Shown piece after piece: positions 23,043 through 30,500 of a DNA stretch of 64,000 bases (the stretch's first letter is position 1; every line of letters starts with the position of its first letter). Source of the stretch: a virus. The position numbers and the translations under genes were made by a program. The DNA lies in the IMG/VR virus record IMGVR_UViG_3300021090_000001, positions 1 through 64,000 of that record; one strand, 5' to 3'. The notes below the pieces were generated by a model. The model had not been told where the DNA came from. It did not search any database and worked only from the letters and a program-made list of their open reading frames with translations.

Positions 23043-23441
23043 ATGAGGAGTAAGAAACTGGTAGGGGTGCTTCTGGCGCTCGTGATCGCCATCGCGTCGT
23101 TTGGTCTGAGTGCGTGCGGCGACACCGACGCCGACGTGGCCTCCGAGAACCTGTCGAAGGCGGCCGAGCAGTTTGAAATCGAGCGGCGGGTGGTGTTCTT
23201 CAACGGCATCACCGACAAATACCTGCTGTCCATCGAAGGGCTGTGCAGCATCGAGGACGAAGGTCGCCAGCTCGAAGTGACCTGCAAACTGCCGGACGGC
23301 AAATTCAAGAAGAATTATCTCGGGCTCTCAGACAACGTCTCCTATTTCGTGGAGCAGATGGGTACCGTTGAAGTAAGCACCAGTCAGTATCGCGTGATCT
23401 TTAAGCCGGAGTCGATCGTTCCCGACTTCGACCGCCCGTAG
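23043..23441 (+). CDS. Secreted lipoprotein (moron; superinfection-exclusion-type candidate)
   Basis: ATG at 23043 after GGGAAGGAG. Signal peptide KKLVGVLLALVIAIASFGLSAC with a lipobox Cys. Confidence 0.8.
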   Translation: MRSKKLVGVLLALVIAIASFGLSACGDTDADVASENLSKAAEQFEIERRVVFFNGITDKYLLSIEGLCSIEDEGRQLEVTCKLPDGKFKKNYLGLSDNVSYFVEQMGTVEVSTSQYRVIFKPESIVPDFDRP

Positions 23442-23454
23442 GGCAAACCGCCGC

Positions 23455-23485
23455 GCCGCGCCCGGAGTAGGTGACCGGGCGCGGC
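23455..23485 (+). terminator. Hairpin after lipoprotein gene
   Basis: 11-bp GC-rich stem (GCCGCGCCCGG / CCGGGCGCGGC) with a 9-nt loop. Weak U tail. Confidence 0.45.
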
Positions 23486-23521
23486 TTACGGGCGGCCAGG
23501 AGGGGCGCTAGTATCCGGGGT

Positions 23522-23692
23522 ATGCCGGGCGATTTCATCCACGCGAGCAACCCCGAGATCTTCATCCAGGTCCCTGAGCTGGGCACTGGGGTCGCCGGTC
23601 TAAGTCTGAACGAGCGTGGTGATTTAGTCGCCTGGGAGAAGGTGGGCGACGTGACCAAGATCGAGATCATGGTGGCGCCGGGGGAGGACTAG
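23522..23692 (+). CDS. Hypothetical small protein
   Basis: Internal ATG at 23522, 8 nt after a TAGTAT hexamer (leaderless candidate). 56 aa. Confidence 0.45.
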   Translation: MPGDFIHASNPEIFIQVPELGTGVAGLSLNERGDLVAWEKVGDVTKIEIMVAPGED

Positions 23693-24436
23693 GTGCCCGG
23701 CGCCTTCGTCCCCCCGCCCTACGAAGAACTAGCTCCCAACGGGCGTCGGTATTTCAAGATCCTCGGCGTCTCGCGGCACCTGATCCGCATGTATGAGCTG
23801 CTGCTCGACGCGAGCGACCTGGCGGCGGTCCGCCCCGGCGGCACCGGCCGCGCGCAGGCGGTGGAAATCGATCGGCTAATAGCCCGCGTCCGCGCTGAAG
23901 TCGAAGACAACGGCCGCAAGACCGCCGTCGAGTCGATCAGGCTGATCCAGGATGCGATCGAAGCGACCCGCGTCCGCCCCCAGGGCCAGCAGCGGCTGCT
24001 CAACGCGATCGAGTCCATGGTGGTCCCCTCGATCCTCGGCGCCGGAGCGGGCGCAGTGGGGGTGGGCGATATCGAGGCGCTGGAGCGCGGCACCCTGGCG
24101 CCCAGCGCGCGCTCCAAGGTCCCCTTCTATTGGCGGGCTCAGGAGTTCGGCTCCGACCACCTGGTCGGCCACACGCTCTACGGCGTCTTCCAGCCCGGCA
24201 GCGCCCCGCCCGAAGGCCCTGGGCCGAATCGAACTCACCCCTTCTTCGAGGTCCGCTCCAGCTCCCCCAGCTACAAGATGGTGGTCCGCAACCCGATCGA
24301 GGAACGCGGCTTCTTGCGCTCGGGCGCTTTCGAGGCGTACGAGTTCCGGCGCGGGCTCCACAGGGTGACCGAGGGCAAAGCGGTCGCCACGATGGACCGC
24401 ATCGCCAGCGGCACGATCCTCCCCCGCCGCAAATAG
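23693..24436 (+). CDS. Putative tail completion / HK97 gp10-like neck protein
   Basis: 247 aa, GTG start. The YWRAQEFGSDHLVG region resembles the gp10-family core. Called partly by position before the tail genes. Confidence 0.5.
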   Translation: MPGAFVPPPYEELAPNGRRYFKILGVSRHLIRMYELLLDASDLAAVRPGGTGRAQAVEIDRLIARVRAEVEDNGRKTAVESIRLIQDAIEATRVRPQGQQRLLNAIESMVVPSILGAGAGAVGVGDIEALERGTLAPSARSKVPFYWRAQEFGSDHLVGHTLYGVFQPGSAPPEGPGPNRTHPFFEVRSSSPSYKMVVRNPIEERGFLRSGAFEAYEFRRGLHRVTEGKAVATMDRIASGTILPRRK

Positions 24437-24443
24437 GAGGCGA

Positions 24444-24484
24444 CCGCCCCGAGCCTCGCGCTTGACCTCGCGGGCTCGGGGCGG
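24444..24484 (+). terminator. Strong hairpin (first of a tandem pair)
   Basis: 16-bp stem with one bulge (CCGCCCCGAGCC-T-CGCG / CGCGGGCTCGGGGCGG) and an 8-nt loop. Confidence 0.55.
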
Positions 24485-24525
24485 AAGCTGCCGAACTTCG
24501 ACCTCCTCAGATTCTACAGGCCTCT

Positions 24526-24556
24526 GCCGGAGCGCGCCCAGTCCACGCGCTCCGGC
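24526..24556 (+). terminator. Second hairpin of tandem pair
   Basis: 11-bp stem GCCGGAGCGCG / CGCGCTCCGGC with a 9-nt loop. Confidence 0.5.
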
Positions 24557-24667
24557 GGTGAGGGTGGGGCTTCAACCCGAGGCCAGTCTATAGCCCCGAT
24601 CGCTGCTCAACCCCGGCGAGGGTGCCGACCGTCCTTCGGCTTCCAGCATAGCTCATAGCTGAAACAT

Positions 24668-24688
24668 CCGACGCGCGTCGTACATTAT
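24668..24688 (+). promoter_or_regulatory. Promoter-like motif copy 8 (CCGACGCGCGTCGTACATTAt)
   Basis: Intergenic, after the two hairpins and 33 nt upstream of the ATG at 24721, at the head of the tail operon. Confidence 0.6.
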
Positions 24689-24720
24689 GGAACGGCGTTT
24701 GGATGCTGCGATGGCGATGA

Positions 24721-24984
24721 ATGAACAAGGCGCAACTGATCCGGCAGCGAAAGGGCAAGTACCTAGCCCAGGCAGCTTCTCAGTTCGAGGGGATTGTCGA
24801 GCCAAGGGTCCCAAAGAGCGTCGCCGATCAGTACAAGGCGATCCTTCGGGAGAAGTTCAAGCTCCTCGCTGAAGACGCAGTAGCGATCTTGGAACTGGAT
24901 GACACAACGGAGCTAAATGCACACGCACAGGCGATTCGTGACACCCACGATCCCCATGCGGGCATAGGAGGAAGAAAAAGATGA
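24721..24984 (+). CDS. Hypothetical small protein at head of tail operon
   Basis: 87 aa. Stop overlaps the next ATG (ATGA). Confidence 0.55.
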   Translation: MNKAQLIRQRKGKYLAQAASQFEGIVEPRVPKSVADQYKAILREKFKLLAEDAVAILELDDTTELNAHAQAIRDTHDPHAGIGGRKR

Positions 24985-26222
24985 GCATCCCCGCAGGTTC
25001 ACTCGTTCACGTCGCTGGCAAGAACGCACTCGACCGGCTTCAGTCCGCCGGACTCGGTGACGTTAATCTCCCAGTCGAGACCATCCGCGAGACGGGCAAC
25101 CGTGAGGTCGTGGACAAGGTCACGGGAGAGCCGGACTTCACCTTCTCGATGGAAAGCTACGACGCCTCGACCGAGGTCATGGCCTGGCTCACGGGCGAGG
25201 TCGGCGGCGGGATCGGTTCTGGCGCGGGCGCGGGCGCCGCCGACCCAGACGGCACCGAGTATTCGTGGTTGGACGCCGCGAGCCGGTGCCTGAACATCAT
25301 CTCGCCCTGGAAGGACGAGTCCACCGGCTCGGCGGGCGATATCGAGGCCGGGCACCTGATTCCCGGCTACTACCCGACCAAACTCAACATGCGCTTCGGC
25401 GTCACCGATAACTCGTCGTTCACCGTCGAATTCGGTGGCGGCAGCTTCTTCTACGCGAAGGCGACGCCGGAAGAGGACTACTTCACCGCTAGCGCCGAAC
25501 AAAAAGCATTCGAATCTGTCCACCCGACGATCCACTACCGCAAAGGCGGCGTGGCGGGCTCGACCTTCCGCGACGTGTTCGGCGTGATCGTGGACGGCGA
25601 CCTCCAGACCGAGGGTGTGGACTATGTCGTCTCCGGCGGCAACGGCTCCAAAGCCATTGTCGAATTCACGATCGCCCCGGTTACCGGCGCGGATGTGCGG
25701 TTCTGCTATTTCACCGCCGACGCGAAAGCATACCCCCAGACGATCCATCCCGCGGTGGTCGTCAAGCCCGGCGCCGTTCGCGGCCGCAACATCCGCATCA
25801 AATTGAACGGTCAGCGCGTCGGCAACGGCCAGAGCTTCGAGCTGGAAGCCACGGTCGAAGGCGAAGTCGAGCGCGAGCTGGGGAACGAAGAAATCATCGG
25901 CCGCACGGTCAACGGGACCGACGTGAACGGGACCTTCACCGTTCGCTCCAAGGACTCGGATGCCTTCTTCAAACTCCTCAACGAAATCACCGGGGTCGAA
26001 GAAGACGAGGTCTTCGGCTGGTTCAACGACAACACGGTGTCACTCGACATCGAGATCGAGAACCCGAAGAACCCCGGCACCCTCCTGAAAACCGTCCGCG
26101 TGAAACAGGCGAAGTTCCAGCCTCCGGGCACCCCGGCGCGCGTCAATCAGCCGACCGACTTCGCCATCTCCTGGTCGGCCCTCGACGGGACCTTCAGCGA
26201 TTTCAAGGGCGAAGCTCCCTAA
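24981..26222 (+). CDS. Putative major tail protein
   Basis: 413 aa, immediately upstream of the chaperone pair and the tape measure gene. Followed by a hairpin. Confidence 0.55.
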   Translation: MSIPAGSLVHVAGKNALDRLQSAGLGDVNLPVETIRETGNREVVDKVTGEPDFTFSMESYDASTEVMAWLTGEVGGGIGSGAGAGAADPDGTEYSWLDAASRCLNIISPWKDESTGSAGDIEAGHLIPGYYPTKLNMRFGVTDNSSFTVEFGGGSFFYAKATPEEDYFTASAEQKAFESVHPTIHYRKGGVAGSTFRDVFGVIVDGDLQTEGVDYVVSGGNGSKAIVEFTIAPVTGADVRFCYFTADAKAYPQTIHPAVVVKPGAVRGRNIRIKLNGQRVGNGQSFELEATVEGEVERELGNEEIIGRTVNGTDVNGTFTVRSKDSDAFFKLLNEITGVEEDEVFGWFNDNTVSLDIEIENPKNPGTLLKTVRVKQAKFQPPGTPARVNQPTDFAISWSALDGTFSDFKGEAP

Positions 26223-26246
26223 GCCTGACAGCGAGCATCAGACATA

Positions 26247-26275
26247 GCCCGGCGAGCCCCAGCGGTTCGCCGGGC
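26247..26275 (+). terminator. Hairpin/attenuator after major tail gene
   Basis: 9-bp stem GCCCGGCGA / TCGCCGGGC with an 11-nt loop. No clear U tract. Confidence 0.4.
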
Positions 26276-26296
26276 GCCACATAAACGACGGACTCG

Positions 26297-27238
26297 GTGC
26301 CCACGGTGTGGGCGGACATGGAAGCAGTAACGGACAAGGAAGAGGTAACGGGAATGACCGACGCATCCGCAGTAGCAGAGGCACCAGCCAACGAGGCTCC
26401 CCAGGAAGACGCTGCGCCCGATCGCACTGAGGCGCAGCTTTTCAAGTTCAGCGACTTCATCCACGTCGGCGAGGGCTCGGCCGAGTGCGAGCATCGCATC
26501 GACGGGCTCTGCAAAGACCCGGACCACTTTCACTGTTGGATCAGGCTGCCCAACAAATTCCAAGTCGTGCAGATGAAGGAAAAGGGCCAGGCCGCCCGCG
26601 CTCGGGTGATGCGCCAGGCCCGCGACTCCGAGAGCGACCGCCACGCGATCGTCGAGAACGAGATCGCCGAGGCCATCTACCAGGGCGAGGAGGCGATGGT
26701 CGCCGAACTCATGGACCGCGAGGCGTACAAACACGAAAACGCCTCGATGCGCGAGCTGGTCGAGGAGGAGGACTCCCCCTGGGCAACGATCGAGGAGGAT
26801 CAGGTCCGCTGGAACTTCCTCAACAAACTCGACCTGGAGAAGCGCGAGGAGGACGCGGTCGAGGATGAGTACCAGGAGCTGAGTCGGCACCTGGCGAAGT
26901 GGAACGAAGCCGTCGCCGAGTGCTTCGAGAAGTTGGTCCAGCCCGAACGCGAATCGCTCTCGGGACGGACCAAGGAGGAGCTGGCCGAGCTGATGCGAGA
27001 AATCGTGATCAACGAGCAGGCCGACCAAATCTTCATGCGCGTCTACACCAAGTGGCAGATGGTGGTGTGCGTGCTGAAGCCGCGCGGTGAGGGCGTTACC
27101 CCGAAAGAGCGGGTCTTCGACAACATGACCGAGCTGGAAGCGGCGGCGCCGGAGGTCATCGCCGCGGTCGAGGTCAGCTTCAGAACCCTGGAGCTGGAAT
27201 TCGCGAACCGGACCCATCTGAGGGCCGAGGGAAACTAG
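26297..27238 (+). CDS. Tail assembly chaperone (G-like, acidic)
   Basis: 313 aa (start uncertain), very acidic. Ends with the slippery GGGAAAC immediately before TAG. Lies directly upstream of the TMP gene. Confidence 0.6.
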   Translation: MPTVWADMEAVTDKEEVTGMTDASAVAEAPANEAPQEDAAPDRTEAQLFKFSDFIHVGEGSAECEHRIDGLCKDPDHFHCWIRLPNKFQVVQMKEKGQAARARVMRQARDSESDRHAIVENEIAEAIYQGEEAMVAELMDREAYKHENASMRELVEEEDSPWATIEEDQVRWNFLNKLDLEKREEDAVEDEYQELSRHLAKWNEAVAECFEKLVQPERESLSGRTKEELAELMREIVINEQADQIFMRVYTKWQMVVCVLKPRGEGVTPKERVFDNMTELEAAAPEVIAAVEVSFRTLELEFANRTHLRAEGN

Positions 27239-27278
27239 TCGCGAGCGATGCCTGGCTTGACACGGTACGCATCGCTCG
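27229..27278 (+). promoter_or_regulatory. -1 programmed ribosomal frameshift signal (G GGA AAC plus hairpin)
   Basis: Heptamer at 27229-27235 is in the correct X XXY YYZ phase. After a 6-nt spacer comes a perfect 10-bp stem (27242-27251 with 27269-27278). The -1 frame is open from 27091 to 27582. Confidence 0.65.
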
Positions 27279-27291
27279 TGACCTCGGGGAC

Positions 27292-27582
27292 GTGTCGGTC
27301 CTCTTCCCCGAGGGAGTCCGCAGCCTCGCCGATATGCCCTACCAGCTCCACGACGCGATCTCGGTCGGGCTCCAGTTCCTGCGGTTCACGGAAATGGAAT
27401 CTGAAGAGTCACCGCCGCGGAAAATCTGGCTCGACTCCGATCAGCTCACCAGTCACTTCAAGGCGGTGGAAAAGCGCCGCGAAGAGAAGTACAACACCGA
27501 CAGCAGTGGTACCTCTAAGGAGATTGAGGACCCCGTGACCAACGATGCAGCACGACTCTTGCTTGGTGACCTGAGGGACTGA
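27292..27582 (+). CDS. T-like -1 frame extension of the tail assembly chaperone (probably made only as a fusion from 27235)
   Basis: Frame is -1 relative to the 26297 ORF. Its stop overlaps the TMP ATG (TGATG). Confidence 0.55.
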   Translation: MSVLFPEGVRSLADMPYQLHDAISVGLQFLRFTEMESEESPPRKIWLDSDQLTSHFKAVEKRREEKYNTDSSGTSKEIEDPVTNDAARLLLGDLRD

Positions 27583-30500
27583 TGCCCGGCTTTGAAGACG
27601 ACTTCGCGAAAGGTGAGGCCGCAGCCGCGCGCCTCGCCGCGCGGATGGCCGAGGCGACCAAACGCTTTGAACAAGTGGCAGAGGTCGAGGCCCGCGATGC
27701 GAAGGTCAGGGAGAAGACCGCCGCAGCCGCGCGCCGCGAGGCTCAGACCGGCCGGACCACGACGCCGGAGTCGGCGCCGAAAGCCCTCAAGGACAACATC
27801 TCCTTCCAGGAACGGGCCAAACAGGCGACCGAGGAACGCATCCGCCTGGAGGCTCGCTATCGGGGCGAGCTGGAGCAGACCGGCGCCGCATCGCGTCGCG
27901 TCGGCTCCGGGCTCATTCCCAGCCCGCTTGCGAGCGCTGGCGGTGCCGGGGGGAGTGGGCGCCTGCCACCCCGGTTCTTCGCCCAGCCGCCACCGGGAGA
28001 ACCGCCCTACGGCGGCCGTGGCCTGCCGCCGGGCTCGATCCCTCCCCAGCTTCCCCTCGGCGGCGGTGGCGGCCCGCGCCAGCTCCTCGCGCGCAACCCC
28101 GAGCATCCCGACGAGCGCATCGTCCGCAACTACCGCGAACGCGCGTCGGCACTGAAGGAGTCCACCGCCGCCGAGGGGGAATACGCGACCAGGGCGCGGG
28201 CCATGCGCGCGGCCGAGGGCGACCTGGGACCGGCGATCGGCCGCACCGCTCAGTTCCAGCGGGCGGCCAACATGGAGTACCAGCGCTTCGGGGCGCTGAG
28301 CAGCGAGTGGATCGGCGCCACGGCGCGCGGGGCCACCACGATCCACGAGCTGGGACGGCAGACGACGGCGACGATCGGCAAGTTCGGCGGCTGGCTCGCG
28401 GCCGGGTCCCTCATCTTCACCGCCCTCGCCGGGGTCCGTGCCATCGGTCATGGCGCGATCGAATCGGCGAGCGGTGTCAACCAGTTGGAGCGGGTAATCA
28501 AAAAAACCTCCTCCATCGACCCGAATTCCGTCCAGAAAAGCTTTCGGGAATCCAGTCAACACTTCAACTTGCCGATCAGCGATGTCACCAATGCTGCCTA
28601 TGAAATGGCCAAGGTCTTTAAGACCCAGGACGAAGCACTCGAAGCATCCAAAGCAGTTCTGTATGCGGTGAAAATCGGCGAGCTTGACACCGCCACCGCC
28701 TCGCGTTACCTGATCGCGACGATCAACGGATTTCACCTACCCGCTGGGAAGTTGGTCGGAGTCTTCGACCAACTCAACAATGCCCAGAACGAATTCGGCA
28801 TCTCGATCAACGATGCATTCGCTGGAATCGCCAAGGCTTCGGGTTCGTTCAACGCCGCCACCACCAAGGGCTCCCCTCTCCAGAAATACCACGAGCTGCT
28901 GGCGCTGATCACGACCGCCCAGAAGGCGACGGGTCAGACTGGGCAGGTAGTGGGTACCGCGATTCAGCGTGCACCGAACTTCCTTCGGCAGGCGAAAAAC
29001 AAAAATATCCTCAAACAGTACGGAATCAATGCGGGCGGCGATCTCAACGACATCATCGTCCAGGCGTTTGAAAAAGCCCAGGGCCTGTCGGGTCACAAAA
29101 TCGCGGATCTCGCCTCGGCGATCTTCGGTCCACAGTACGGAGCGCGGATCGGGACTCCGCTACTCCAGCAGTTCGACCTCTACAAAAAAGTCCTCAGCAA
29201 AACCACCAGCAAAGCCTCGAAAGGCTCGGGCGAGACCGAGCTTCAGACCCAGCTCGGGTCGCTCTCGGAACAGATCAGTCGGATTGGCACGGACCTCGAA
29301 CAGCTCGGTTCCAACCTCGCGGAGGCGGGCTTCTTCGACCTGCTCGGCGCGGGTGTCAAATCACTCGATGAGATGTTGCAATTCGCGAACCACATCCTGG
29401 AGGTCTTCAACAACCTCCCGGACCCACTGAAGCACTCGCTCGCGATTCTGGTTGAGATGAAACTGGCGCTGGGTGCGCTGCGCAAATTCAGTCTTGGTGA
29501 CAATTTCCAGAACTCGACCGCCCGCCGCGTCTTCAACGGCCCGAACGCCGGAGCCCGTAAATACAACGACCTGCTCTTTGAAGAAGAGAGGGAAGTCCGG
29601 CGCAATCTGGAGTCCAACAACCGAAGCCAGATAACCACCGAACGCCGCCTTCCTCCGGCCGCTAGCCGAGTTGGCCAGGAAGAGGCGGTACTGCGGTCAC
29701 TGCAAACCCAAGGTGTTGACCAGAAGGTCCTTCTCAGCCAGGAACGCAATATCGTCGCGGCCAAGCAGCATGAGCAGGGTCTGATCACTAAACAGATCGA
29801 GTCAAGTCAACTTCGACGCGATCTGCTGGTCGAGTTGGATGCGATTGAACGTGACAACGTTGCTCTGTCGGCCAGCCGCAACGACGCAACGGCCGCCCAG
29901 TTGGCGACTGCCCGCAACCGCACTGTCCCTGGCTCCAATGCGAAGGGTGGGATGACCGCGCGCGAGCTGGCGCGGGAAGGAGGCGAAGAATTCCGCAACA
30001 ACGAGACGGTGGTGCCGGTCACCACCGCCGCTAAGGCCGAGCAGGATGCCGCAGCGCGCGCCACGCGGGACTCCAAAGCATCGGCCTCGGCCTTCAAGGG
30101 CGTAGGGGGCAAATGGCGCACATTCGCCCAGACCGAGGGCGGCATCGTCCATCCAATCGAAAGCTTCCGCGCTGCCAGGGGGAATGCAGTGAATGCGATG
30201 GAGGCGACGGCGGGGGGCATCTCTCGGGCCAGAAGCACGCTGCCGACCCTGGGGACCGCCCTCGGCAAAGTGGGGTCGGGGCTCAAAGGGCTCGGTGCCG
30301 GACTATATGGGCTGGTCGGTGGCCCGCTCGGAGCGCTGATTATCGGCGCCTACGCAGCCTTTGAATATGGCGATGACCTCGGCCGGGCGCTTGCCGGAGG
30401 TCAGGAAGAAATTGATGCCGCTTCTGAAATTGAACACGGTGGTGTTAAAAGCACCAAGCGCAAGAAAGACCTCGTCAAACAGTACGAAGACTTTTTCCGC

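Noticed and set aside
24687-24872. ORF starting at the ATG embedded in promoter motif copy 8.
   Set aside because: The translation is Arg/Gly-rich. The overlapping frame 24721..24984 has better codon bias and is translationally coupled to the next gene.
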